Shown one piece after another: positions 8,686 to 17,192 of a stretch of DNA of 64,000 bases. The DNA is from Vicinamibacterales bacterium (GTDB lineage: Bacteria; Acidobacteriota; Vicinamibacteria; Vicinamibacterales; UBA8438): NCBI GenBank assembly GCA_965246995.1, contig OZ252008.1, positions 562,323-626,322 of the forward strand, written 5' to 3'. The number at the start of each line of letters is the position of its first letter. The stretch's first letter is position 1. The notes below the pieces were generated by a model that saw only the letters and a list, made by a program, of their open reading frames with translations, was not told the DNA's origin and ran no database searches. A program made the translations under genes and the position numbers.

Positions 8686-10035
8686 ATGCAGCCCGATCAG
8701 CGACGCTCGTTCCTGCCGTCCTTCATCGTCGTGGGCGTACTCGCCGCGACGCTCGGCATCGGCGCTATTTTCCTCGGCGAGTTGTACGAAGCGACCACGC
8801 CGAGCGCCATTGCGGCCCCTGGCGATGTCGCCGGCGCGGTCGGCGAGGCCGATCTCGCCACCGTGGACCCCGCCGCCGTCGGGCTTTCCGCCGAACGTCT
8901 CGAGCGCCTCGACGATGGCCTGCAGGGGCTGGTGGACGACGGCAAGATCGCGGGCGTCGTCGCGCTGCTCGCCCGCCACGGCAAGATCGTGTTCACCGAC
9001 GTGGCCGGCGTCCAGAACGTCGATACCGGCAGCCCGATGGGGCGCGACTCCATCTTCCGCATCTTCTCGATGACGAAGCCGATCACCGGCGTCGCGATGA
9101 TGATGCTCTATGAGGAAGGGAAGTGGCGCCTGAACGATCCGGTCGAGCGCTACATCCCCGAGTTCGCCGACCTGAAGGTGCACGTCGGTGAGAACTCCGA
9201 CGGCTCGATGCGACTCGAGGACCCCGACCATCCGATCACGATGCGCGAACTGATGACGCATACCGCCGGCCTCGGCTACGTCCTCAATCCGCGCCACCCG
9301 GTCAACCAACTGTTCCTCGAGCAGCGCGTCCTCAACCCGACGGAAGAACTCCAGGTGATGATCGACAAGCTCGCCGGGATCCCGCTGCTGGAGCAGCCGG
9401 GGCAGCGCTGGATCTACAGCGTGGCGGTCGACGTGCGCGGCTACCTGGTGGAGCAGCTTTCGGGCGTGCCGTTCGAGCAGTTCCTGCAGGACCGCATCTT
9501 CGACCCGCTCGGCATGGTCGACACGAAGTTCTACGTCCCGGAGTCGAACGTCGACCGCATCGCGCTCCGTCACCGGATCGATGAGGGCGGCGACCTCGCG
9601 CTCGATTCACGCGGCGACCCGTTCACGTCGAACCCGGCCGGTCCGTCGGGCGGCGGCGGCCTCTTCGGCACCGCCGACGACTACCTCCGCTTCGCGCAGA
9701 TGCTCCTGAACGGCGGCGAGTTCGATGGCCACCGCCTGCTCTCGCCCCGCACCGTCGAGATGATGCGCACCAACCACATGTCGGCGCAGGCGACCGAGAA
9801 CATGCGCGCCGGCATGGGCTTCGGCATGGACGTCATGATCTACATGGATCCGGCCGCGGCCGGCGAGCCGCATGGCGTCGGCAGCTACTACTGGCTCGGC
9901 ATCGACGGCACCTGGTTCTGGATCGATCCGGTCCACGACCTCGTCTTCGTCGGCATGCTCCAGCATCAGGGCCCGAATCAGGGGATGACGCACGGGCTCA
10001 GCCGCAACTGGGTCTACCAGTCCATCGTGCACTGA
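8686..10035 (+). CDS. Serine hydrolase of the beta-lactamase/esterase (class C-like) family
   Basis: 449 aa with an N-terminal TM/signal segment and the S-x-x-K motif in FRIFSMTKPITGVAMMML. The family is beta-lactamase-related. Confidence 0.8.
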   Translation: MQPDQRRSFLPSFIVVGVLAATLGIGAIFLGELYEATTPSAIAAPGDVAGAVGEADLATVDPAAVGLSAERLERLDDGLQGLVDDGKIAGVVALLARHGKIVFTDVAGVQNVDTGSPMGRDSIFRIFSMTKPITGVAMMMLYEEGKWRLNDPVERYIPEFADLKVHVGENSDGSMRLEDPDHPITMRELMTHTAGLGYVLNPRHPVNQLFLEQRVLNPTEELQVMIDKLAGIPLLEQPGQRWIYSVAVDVRGYLVEQLSGVPFEQFLQDRIFDPLGMVDTKFYVPESNVDRIALRHRIDEGGDLALDSRGDPFTSNPAGPSGGGGLFGTADDYLRFAQMLLNGGEFDGHRLLSPRTVEMMRTNHMSAQATENMRAGMGFGMDVMIYMDPAAAGEPHGVGSYYWLGIDGTWFWIDPVHDLVFVGMLQHQGPNQGMTHGLSRNWVYQSIVH

Positions 10036-10064
10036 CGCCGGGCGTCGGCGCGCGGCCTTGCGGG

Positions 10065-10565
10065 TCAGCGAATGCGTTCCACGCGACCGGACGAGCTGCG
10101 GATGTCCTGCTCCTCGACCGCGCCGTCATGAATCGTCACGTTGCCGGAACTGCTGATGTCGATCTGGAGTGCGCCGGCTTCGATGCCCTCCATCGACAGG
10201 TCGCCGGAGCTGCTGATGTCGACCTCGAAGCGGTCCGCCGACAGCCTGGAGGCGTGCGCGTTGCCGCTGCTGGAGAGCGCGATACGCTCGAGGGACCTGA
10301 CGGTGAGCGTAAAGCGAACCGGTTCGGACGGCTGCAGATTGGCACCCCGCCGGCCGCGGATTCTCAGGGTGTCGCCGACCTGTTCCGCCTCGAAATACGG
10401 AAGCAGGTTGTCGTCCGTTTCGATGCGCAGCTCTTCCCGATCCCCAAGATGGATGTCCAGCTCGCCAAGCGTCGACAGCCGGACGCCGGTGAGGTCGGTG
10501 AACGTGTAGGTATCCTCGGCGATCGTTCCCGATCCCTGGAGGGTCTCCTGGTTGGTGATGCTCAC
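10065..10565 (-). CDS. GIN-domain (DUF2807-like, putative adhesin-head) beta-helical repeat protein
   Basis: 166 aa with repeated SSSG(D/N)..(I/V) strands (ALSSSGNAHAS, DISSSGDLSMEG, DISSSGNVTIHDG). No signal peptide is present. The GTG start overlaps the stop of a 19-codon upstream ORF (10562-10621). Confidence 0.55.
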   Translation of the reverse strand: MSITNQETLQGSGTIAEDTYTFTDLTGVRLSTLGELDIHLGDREELRIETDDNLLPYFEAEQVGDTLRIRGRRGANLQPSEPVRFTLTVRSLERIALSSSGNAHASRLSADRFEVDISSSGDLSMEGIEAGALQIDISSSGNVTIHDGAVEEQDIRSSSGRVERIR

Positions 10566-10711
10566 GCAGCCGTGCAGGGCGACCGCTCGGTTTGCGGATC
10601 AGGCTCCCCGGGCTTCGGCATGGAACTTGCGTACCTCCTTCGCATGTCGTTTTCCACTCACGGGAGGCGGCTGTCGCTACGGCCCCCGTTGCGGTAGCCT
10701 TGGAGGAAACG

Positions 10712-11272
10712 ATGATGCCGGACTTCTTGCGGATTGGCGCGGAGGTGATGATCGCGGTCGCGGCGATGCTCACCGTTCTCTGGCGTTTCAACGATTCGCT
10801 CGGTAAGGAGTTGCGCGCGGACATCAGGGTGCTTGGTACCGAGTTGCGCGGTGACATCAGCACTCTCGGTACCGAATTGCGCGGTGAAATCGGAGCACTC
10901 GATACCGAGTTGCGCGGTGAAATCGGGGCGCTCGATGGCAAGTTGTCCGGTGACATCAGGACACTCGGCACCGAGTTGCGTGGTGAAATCAAAACGCTCG
11001 GCACGGAGTTGCGCGGTGAAATCGGGGCACTCGATACCAGGTTCTGCGGTGAAATCGGCACGCTTGGCACGGAGTTGCGTGGTGACATCAGTGCTTTGCG
11101 TGTGGACAACAGAGAGCTGCTCGCCCGAGTGTCAAGAATTGAGGGGCTTCTTGAACTTCGCGCAGAACCGCGCACGAAGGTGGGCGCCACTCAGTCGTCG
11201 TCCGGGTCCAGTCCGGCGGACGATCGCGATGACCCCAAGGAGGATGCGGACAACGCTGTCGCGGGCGGTTAA
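10712..11272 (+). CDS. N-terminally membrane-anchored protein made of 11-residue (hendecad) tandem repeats
   Basis: The ATG at 10712 follows a GGAGGA site. A TM helix (FLRIGAEVMIAVAAMLTVLW) is followed by nine repeats of the type LGTELRGEIGA and an acidic disordered tail. The track ORF start at 10592 is probably too far upstream. Confidence 0.65.
   Translation: MMPDFLRIGAEVMIAVAAMLTVLWRFNDSLGKELRADIRVLGTELRGDISTLGTELRGEIGALDTELRGEIGALDGKLSGDIRTLGTELRGEIKTLGTELRGEIGALDTRFCGEIGTLGTELRGDISALRVDNRELLARVSRIEGLLELRAEPRTKVGATQSSSGSSPADDRDDPKEDADNAVAGG
10808..11104 (+). repeat. Nine tandem 33-bp repeats (consensus GAGTTGCGCGGTGAAATCGGGGCACTCGATACC), in frame in the CDS
   Basis: Unit boundaries counted by hand are 10808, 10841, 10874, 10907, 10940, 10973, 11006, 11039 and 11072. 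Confidence 0.9.
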
Positions 11273-11299
11273 CCTCGCGGATTCAGACCTTCTTCCTGC

Positions 11300-11728
11300 T
11301 CAGGCCGTCACCGTCTCGGGCTTGGGCGCGCCGGCGATCTTGCCCACGACCGCGCCTACCGCGACACACCACACGATCTCGAGGAGCGTCCAGGCCCAGG
11401 CGAGCGTGTAGGCGAAGTCGACTATCACGACGTTCAGAAACAGGTGGGTCGGAAAACCGATGAGCACGCCGGCATAGAGGCCGAAGATCGCTCCGCCCCC
11501 AGCTCCGTCGCGGAAGCAGGAGCGAACCCGCTGGTAGACCCAGACGAACACCGCTACCGAGACGAAATCGCCCACGGTGAGCGCGAGTGGTGAACCCTCG
11601 GTCCCGAACAGGGCGGTCTGCTGGACGTAGAAGGCATTTCCCAGCAGGAAGCCGTGAACGAGGAAGTCCAGGACGTTTGCGACGAGACCGCCAATCACAA
11701 TCGAGAGAACGATCTGCTTCTTGGTCAT
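11300..11728 (-). CDS. Small polytopic membrane protein (DUF1761-like?)
   Basis: 142 aa with four hydrophobic segments and no recognisable catalytic motif. Confidence 0.5.
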   Translation of the reverse strand: MTKKQIVLSIVIGGLVANVLDFLVHGFLLGNAFYVQQTALFGTEGSPLALTVGDFVSVAVFVWVYQRVRSCFRDGAGGGAIFGLYAGVLIGFPTHLFLNVVIVDFAYTLAWAWTLLEIVWCVAVGAVVGKIAGAPKPETVTA

Positions 11729-11750
11729 GATTCCTCCAGTGATTGCGTCC

Positions 11751-13499
11751 TCAGAGTGATTCCCGCAGATACCGCTCGCCGGTCCATTCCGGCGCCTGCT
11801 GATTGTGCTTTAGTCGCACGCGCTGCAGGGCCAGACCGGCGTAGTAATCATCGAGCCGGTCGCTGGCGTGTGCCACACCGGGCAGGCTCGCGGCGGCTTC
11901 CAGGGCGAAGCGGTCGGCAAGGAGCGGGTTCGGCGCGGTGCGGTACGCGCCATTCCACCAGTCGTAGATTCGCTCCTCCGCCTGGCGCAGGATCTGGTCT
12001 CCCGGCAGGAGATTGCGCTTCTCGTGCTGATTGACCTGCCGGTGTGCCGGCATCAGGTTCCAGAGGTCACCGCAGGGCCAGATCGCCCACGGGAAGCAGT
12101 GATCAATGTCGAGGGTTTGGCCTGAGAGCCGGCGACCGGTCCAGACACATTGCAGCGATCCCGTGGCCAGGAGGCGGTCGGCCTGTTCGCGGGCCACACG
12201 AACATCGCGTTCCGGCTCCATCCAGCTCATGGCGTGCGCAAGCGTCCGCTCGTCAAGCGAACGTCCCTGCCGGCCCGCGTACTCGTGCATGAGCAGCTTC
12301 CATTCCGCGACGATCGCTGGCTCGATCCAGACGCTCAGGCGCCGGATCGCCATCCATAGATGCATGGGAACGCGCAGCGTGCCGAAGCTCGCCAGGTAGG
12401 CCGGGGTCAAGCCTCCATCAACCGGCCGGGAGGGCTTGCTCGTCGTGCCCTCGTGGCGGACCGGAAGAATGGGATCGCTACTGTTCGGATAGGTCATGTA
12501 GCGAACCGGCATCCTCACGATCGTCGAGGTGACATCGGACAGGGCCCGGTGCAGCGCCGAAACGGTGTCGCGCGTGAACCGCGCACCCACCCGCAGATCG
12601 TGGTGAGAGACGTCCAGCCCTTCGACGCCATCCTGTTTGACGAACCCCAGTTTGTGGCCGGCGTGATCGTTGACCGGACTCTGCGGAATGTCCGCGTCGA
12701 GGAGCGGTTTGTAGAGTCGAATCCACGTCAGGGCGACGAGTCCCATCGGGATCGTGACATGGTCCTGATCCTGTTCCTCGGCGAGACCGAACGCGCCGTC
12801 GGCGATGCGGCAGAGCACGCGGAGCAGGCCCAGCTTGTAGGTTGAACTCTTCGAGTCGTTCAGGATGACGTTGCGGAGTAGCGGGAGCGCATCTGTCCCG
12901 TCGTCCGGGAGGCGGATCGCAACCTGGCTCCAGCGGACATCGCCGCGGCCCATCTGATCGTCGCCCGTCGCCTCCCGTTCCACGTACGCGCCGTGGTCCC
13001 GCGCGAGGCGGCGGAGTTCGGCAACCGTGACGGGGTGGAAGCCGCGGTTGTCTTCATCGGGTCCGTCGCGGAGGGTGATCGCGAGGAGACCGCCGGGCTT
13101 GAGCAGGGTGATCAGTTTGCGGAAGGCGCGAGGTCGATCCGTCGGGGCGAGGTGCATCCAGACCGCGCTCACGAGGATGACGTCGAACGAAAGGCCGGTC
13201 GAGAAGGTCTGCTTGAGCGCGGGAAGGCGGTCGTCGAGCCAGGTTATGGAACAGTCGGCGTGTCGGGCCCGGCCGAACTCCCGCATGCCGTCGGACGGCT
13301 CGACGGCGACGACGTCATAACCCATCCGGGAGAGTTGCGCGGCGTCGCGCCCGCTGCCGGCGCCCACGTCGAGGATGGCGGCGGGCGATGTCGGGAGCAG
13401 GTCGGCGAGCCAGCCGTGGACACGCTCGAAGGAGGTCGACTCGTAGCGCGCCGTGGCGGTCTCGGCGTGGGCGTTGTACCAGGCTATCGCGTCAGTCAT
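11751..13499 (-). CDS. Fusion protein with an N-terminal class I SAM-dependent methyltransferase, a central uncharacterised domain and a C-terminal HNH nuclease
   Basis: ILDVGAGSGRDAAQLSRMGYDVVAVEPS...VILVSAVWMHL...LLKPGGLL is the Rossmann SAM motif I and post-I region. The centre reads SKSSTYKLGLLRVLCRIA. The C-terminus reads LDIDHCFPWAIWPCGDLWNLMPAHRQVNQHEKRNLLP (HNH). 582 aa. Confidence 0.7.
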   Translation of the reverse strand: MTDAIAWYNAHAETATARYESTSFERVHGWLADLLPTSPAAILDVGAGSGRDAAQLSRMGYDVVAVEPSDGMREFGRARHADCSITWLDDRLPALKQTFSTGLSFDVILVSAVWMHLAPTDRPRAFRKLITLLKPGGLLAITLRDGPDEDNRGFHPVTVAELRRLARDHGAYVEREATGDDQMGRGDVRWSQVAIRLPDDGTDALPLLRNVILNDSKSSTYKLGLLRVLCRIADGAFGLAEEQDQDHVTIPMGLVALTWIRLYKPLLDADIPQSPVNDHAGHKLGFVKQDGVEGLDVSHHDLRVGARFTRDTVSALHRALSDVTSTIVRMPVRYMTYPNSSDPILPVRHEGTTSKPSRPVDGGLTPAYLASFGTLRVPMHLWMAIRRLSVWIEPAIVAEWKLLMHEYAGRQGRSLDERTLAHAMSWMEPERDVRVAREQADRLLATGSLQCVWTGRRLSGQTLDIDHCFPWAIWPCGDLWNLMPAHRQVNQHEKRNLLPGDQILRQAEERIYDWWNGAYRTAPNPLLADRFALEAAASLPGVAHASDRLDDYYAGLALQRVRLKHNQQAPEWTGERYLRESL

Positions 13500-13523
13500 C
13501 GGACGCGCCCTACGCGGCGCCGC

Positions 13524-14057
13524 TCACTCGAACACGTTGATCAGGGCATACGTGATCGCGCCGCCATCGGGGACGACGACCTGGTGCCACGAGCGGGCGG
13601 GCACATGGAGGATATCCCCCACGGTGACCTGGAACGCCTGCGCGCCTTCAAGTTGCGGCGTCTGACCTTCAGGCGGCTGTCCGTCGGTGAAGTTCACCCG
13701 CTCGCCGCCGACCCGAACTGTCCCGGAGCCCTTCAGGACGACGTAGATGTCCCACTTCGTCTCGTGGATCTCCGGCTGCGTGTAGCCCGCGCGGTGAATG
13801 ATCTGGACGGTGTGCGGCCGGTGGTCGGCGCTCGGCAGGGCCGTTTCGACCGCGAACGGCGTGCCCCAGATGCCCTCGCCGTTGGAGAGGGTTTCTTCGA
13901 GCGCGTCCTGAAAGTTCTCAACCGCCGCGGCGTCCCAGAGGATGTACTCCTCGGGACGAGGCTCGTTCGTGACATCCGCGAAAGGGTCGTCCTGCGCCGC
14001 CGCGAACGCAGGCAGTGCGAGAAACGCCAGCACCGTGAGGAAGCCTGCCGTGCGCAT
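13524..14057 (-). CDS. Secreted cupin-domain protein
   Basis: It has the signal peptide MRTAGFLTVLAFLALPAFAAAQ and cupin strands (HETKWDIYVVLKGSG...GDILHVPARSWHQV). Confidence 0.65.
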   Translation of the reverse strand: MRTAGFLTVLAFLALPAFAAAQDDPFADVTNEPRPEEYILWDAAAVENFQDALEETLSNGEGIWGTPFAVETALPSADHRPHTVQIIHRAGYTQPEIHETKWDIYVVLKGSGTVRVGGERVNFTDGQPPEGQTPQLEGAQAFQVTVGDILHVPARSWHQVVVPDGGAITYALINVFE

Positions 14058-14130
14058 GTGTCACCTCCATGGCGAGCGGGTTGTTGCGACGGTTATCGTA
14101 ACCGGGAAGCGGGCGTGCGGGGAGGTGGAC

Positions 14131-14183
14131 GTGCCGGTCGGGAGACCGGCACACCGACCGGCGAACCGACCGGCGCAGCGGCC
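14131..14183. repeat. GC-rich hairpin plus ~12-nt repeat element, copy 1 (intergenic)
   Basis: GTGCCGGTCGGGAGACCGGCACACCGACCGGCGAACCGACCGGCGCAGCGGCC. The hairpin is GCCGGTC-GGGA-GACCGGC, followed by (N5)GACCGGC units. Confidence 0.75.
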
Positions 14184-15500
14184 TTAATCGATCCCGATTC
14201 TCAGGACGGTAAAGAGTAACCAGCAGGTGAAGCCGCCGACGACGGTCATCGAGAGGCCCCACGCCATCAGCTGGTTGAAGAGTTTGCGGCTGTCCTCGTG
14301 AGCGGGTGCGGCGGCCATGCAGAGGGCGCCGAGCGTGGAGAGGGCAGAGACGTCCACGAGGTGCGCGCCGACGTTCATGGCGGAGGCGATGGCGAGCGGG
14401 CTGACGCCGCCTACCTGTTCGGCCAGGCCAGGTACCGTCGGGAGGAACGCCGGGAGAACGACGCCCGACGTGCTGCTGTAGATGGAAATGAACCCGGTGG
14501 TGAACGCCATGATGCCGGTGACGGTATAGCCCGTGGAGACACCGGCGAGCACGCGGGTAAAGAGTTCGAGACCGCCGGTCTCGTCCAGGACGGAGATCAG
14601 GACGGTCACGCCGCAGACCATCATGATGACGCGCCATGGCATCAGCTTGACCGCTTCGTTCTCGTCACCCGCCTTGAACAGCGCGAGGAGGATCGCACCG
14701 GCGAATGCGCCGAGGCCGACGTTGAGGTTGAAGCCGATGACGCCGACGAGAAGCGCACTGATGACGCCTATCGTGATCCAGTGGCGCCGCTCGAGGGTGC
14801 CGCCCCCATTGGCGGCCTCGCTTCCATCTGCCGCCGAGGACTCCGCCGTGTCGGAACCCGCGCCGGCGACCATCAGGTCGCCATGGTAGTAGCGGCCAAG
14901 CAGGCGCCACCCGCCCAGCAGGAAATACGCGGCGAGGGCGATGACGATGTGCGCCATCATGTTGTTCAGATAGGTCTGCACTTCGTTGCCGCCGAGGCCG
15001 ATGTCGGCCATGACGCCGTTGACGATGACGCCGGTCGGCGCAATGGGAGACAGCGCTCCGGCATTGGCGCCGTTGCCGATCATGATCGCCATCAGGAACG
15101 CCGGAATGCCCACCTGCCCGGCGACCGCCATGCCCATGGGCGCCATGAGCGCGGTTGACGAGATGTTGCCCGGCCCCACCGACGCAAGAATGAACGAGAG
15201 CAGGAAGAACATGATCGGCATCATGCCGACGTTGCCGCGGCAGAGGCGGACCGCCTTCTGAGCGATCAGGTCAAGGGTGCCGTTCGCCTGCGCCTGGGAA
15301 AAGAGCAGCGTGACACCGGCGAGTGTCAGAAAGAGCCGGGTCGGGAAACCGGCCATCACGTCGTTGGCACTCATGCCGGCTATGAAGACGCCAACCACCC
15401 ACGCGAGCGCGATCGCGAGGAACCCCACGTGGAGGCGGATCGTGCAACTGACGATGATGGCGATGGCGAGTGCGCCGAGCGAGAGGGTGGCGACGTCCAT
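14184..15500 (-). CDS. Ion-transporter superfamily permease (SLC13/DASS or ArsB/NhaD-like anion or carboxylate transporter)
   Basis: 438 aa, polytopic, with two hairpin-like motifs (SFILASVGPGNISSTALMAP and NVGAHLVDVSALSTLGAL) typical of the IT superfamily. Confidence 0.65.
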   Translation of the reverse strand: MDVATLSLGALAIAIIVSCTIRLHVGFLAIALAWVVGVFIAGMSANDVMAGFPTRLFLTLAGVTLLFSQAQANGTLDLIAQKAVRLCRGNVGMMPIMFFLLSFILASVGPGNISSTALMAPMGMAVAGQVGIPAFLMAIMIGNGANAGALSPIAPTGVIVNGVMADIGLGGNEVQTYLNNMMAHIVIALAAYFLLGGWRLLGRYYHGDLMVAGAGSDTAESSAADGSEAANGGGTLERRHWITIGVISALLVGVIGFNLNVGLGAFAGAILLALFKAGDENEAVKLMPWRVIMMVCGVTVLISVLDETGGLELFTRVLAGVSTGYTVTGIMAFTTGFISIYSSTSGVVLPAFLPTVPGLAEQVGGVSPLAIASAMNVGAHLVDVSALSTLGALCMAAAPAHEDSRKLFNQLMAWGLSMTVVGGFTCWLLFTVLRIGID

Positions 15501-15536
15501 GGGGCGGGAGTATATGGGAAAGGGTGGGTTTTATTT

Positions 15537-15586
15537 CGCCGGTCGGAGACCGGCGCACAGACCGGCGCACAGACCGGCGCACCATG
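15537..15586. repeat. GC-rich hairpin plus 12-nt repeat element, copy 2 (intergenic)
   Basis: GCCGGTCGGAGACCGGC followed by GCACAGACCGGC GCACAGACCGGC GCACC. Confidence 0.75.
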
Positions 15587-15635
15587 TCGCGCACCCACCG
15601 AGCCGATACAATGATCTGATCGCGCGGCGGCTGTA

Positions 15636-16979
15636 GTGCACATCATCATCATTGGCGGCGGCGACATCGGCTATCCGCTGGCCAAGGCCCTCTCGGCGCA
15701 GCACGACGTTTTCCTGGTCGACCGCGATCCGCTGCGCGCCCACCGTTTTTCCCACCTCGACGTGGAGTTCGTCGGCGGCAGCGGCACGAGCCCCGACGTG
15801 TTGCGGAACGCCGGCGTCGAGAAGTGCGACCTGCTGATCGCGGCGACGCGCCTGGACGAGGTGAACATCGTCGCCTGCTCGCTCGGGAGTGGCCTGGGCG
15901 CGAAGCGGACGGTCTGCTTCGTGACGAAGGCCGACCTGCTGGAGCAGCGGAGCGGGAACGACAGCCTCCAACGCAACTTCGGCATCGACGAGATCATCTG
16001 GCCGGAAGCGCAGCTCGCGGCGGGGATCGAGCGGATCATCATGGCGCCCGGCGCGGTCGACGCGGAGCTGTTTGCCGGCGGGCGGATCGAGCTGCTCGAG
16101 TTTCGCCTCGACGCTGGCTCGCCGTTCGTCGGCCGCGAGGTGGCGTCGCTTGCGCTCCCGGCCGGCGTCGTCATCATCGCGCTCAAGCACGAGCACTCGA
16201 CGTCTATTCCGAGCGGCCAGACCGTGCTGGAGGCGGGCGACAAGGTGGTGCTGATGGGGACGCGCGACGGGATGACGGACCTGCGCCCCATCATCGCGCC
16301 GGCGAGCAGGGACTCCGACCGGCAGATGGTCACCATCATCGGCGGCGGCGATGTCGGCTTCCGGCTTGCGCAGAGCCTCGACCGGGTGGATGGCATCCGT
16401 CTGGTCGTCATCGAGCGCGAGCGCGAGCGGGGTGAACTGCTGGCCGCGGCGCTCCGCAACGCACTGATCCTGCGGGGCGACGGTACCGACCTCGAGCTGC
16501 TCGAGTCGGAAGAGATCGGCCGGAGCGATGTGCTCGTTTCGGTAATCGACAACGACGAGCGGAACCTGCTCGCCTCGCTCCTCGGCCACCAGTTGGGCGT
16601 GCGCAAGGTGATTACGCGCGTCAGCAAGCCGTCGAACCATCATCTCTTCGAACGGGTCGGAATAGACGTGGCGCTGTCGGCGCGTGGCGCGGCGGTCACG
16701 TCCGTCATCCACGGGATTGATGGCGGCCGCGCGAGTCTGCTCGCCGTCCTCGAGGAGGGACAGGCACGCGTGGTTGAACTGGCCGTGCCGGGCGGGTTCC
16801 AGTCGACCGCGGTACGCGATCTCGGCCTGCCGAAGGATTCGATCATCGGATCCGTTCTGCGCGACGGCGCGGTAATCGTGCCCCGCGGCGACGATCGCGT
16901 TCAGGGAGGCGATCGCCTGCTGGTCTGCTGCACCGAGCCGGCCGTCCGCGGCGTGCGCGACCTGTTCGCCCACGCGTAG
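15636..16979 (+). CDS. trkA: Trk potassium uptake system, NAD-binding subunit
   Basis: Two RCK/TrkA-N repeats are present (HIIIIGGGDIGYPLAKAL and MVTIIGGGDVGFRLAQSL). 447 aa with a GTG start. Confidence 0.9.
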   Translation: MHIIIIGGGDIGYPLAKALSAQHDVFLVDRDPLRAHRFSHLDVEFVGGSGTSPDVLRNAGVEKCDLLIAATRLDEVNIVACSLGSGLGAKRTVCFVTKADLLEQRSGNDSLQRNFGIDEIIWPEAQLAAGIERIIMAPGAVDAELFAGGRIELLEFRLDAGSPFVGREVASLALPAGVVIIALKHEHSTSIPSGQTVLEAGDKVVLMGTRDGMTDLRPIIAPASRDSDRQMVTIIGGGDVGFRLAQSLDRVDGIRLVVIERERERGELLAAALRNALILRGDGTDLELLESEEIGRSDVLVSVIDNDERNLLASLLGHQLGVRKVITRVSKPSNHHLFERVGIDVALSARGAAVTSVIHGIDGGRASLLAVLEEGQARVVELAVPGGFQSTAVRDLGLPKDSIIGSVLRDGAVIVPRGDDRVQGGDRLLVCCTEPAVRGVRDLFAHA

Positions 16980-16984
16980 CCCAG

Positions 16985-17178
16985 GAGCCCGTGGTGAAAC
17001 CCCTGCTACATTCGAGCGGCGATGCATCCCGCCTGAACGGCGTTGCTCCTCGGACTGCGTTCAGTCCGCGGACTGCGTCAGTCCGCGGTCGCAATATGGC
17101 CAATATGCTCCCTCGTCGCGCCTTGTCAGCCGGGCGCCTCACCGCTCTCGGTGCGACGCGGGGTTTCACCACGGGCTC
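16985..17178 (+). mobile_element. MITE-like palindromic element, copy C (long form, 194 bp, two central hairpin modules)
   Basis: It has the same termini as copy A. The centre carries GGACTGCGTTCAGTCC and GGACTGCGTCAGTCC. Flanks are CCAG (16981-16984) and CTAG (17179-17182). It lies between trkA and trkH. Confidence 0.85.
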
Positions 17179-17192
17179 CTAGCACCCAGTCG

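Noticed and set aside
10808-11104. A CRISPR array, given regularly spaced ~33-bp repeats here and repeated palindromes elsewhere.
   Set aside because: The 33-bp units are contiguous with no unique spacers and are in frame in a CDS. The MITE copies are kilobases apart. No cas genes are present.
10126-11190. A 354-aa minus-strand ORF with its own repeats (SPRNSVPSV...).
   Set aside because: It is the reverse-complement reading of the 33-bp tandem repeats and overlaps the GIN-domain gene out of frame. The plus-strand frame has an RBS, a TM helix and a coherent hendecad pattern.
16991-17182. Recurring small ORFs such as MVKPLLHSSGDASRLNGVAPR... (also at 2181-2338, 26777-26952 and 61744-62001) that might suggest a conserved small protein.
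   Set aside because: They lie entirely within the MITE copies, occur in both orientations, have no RBS, and differ by indels that break the frame between copies. The conservation is at the DNA level.
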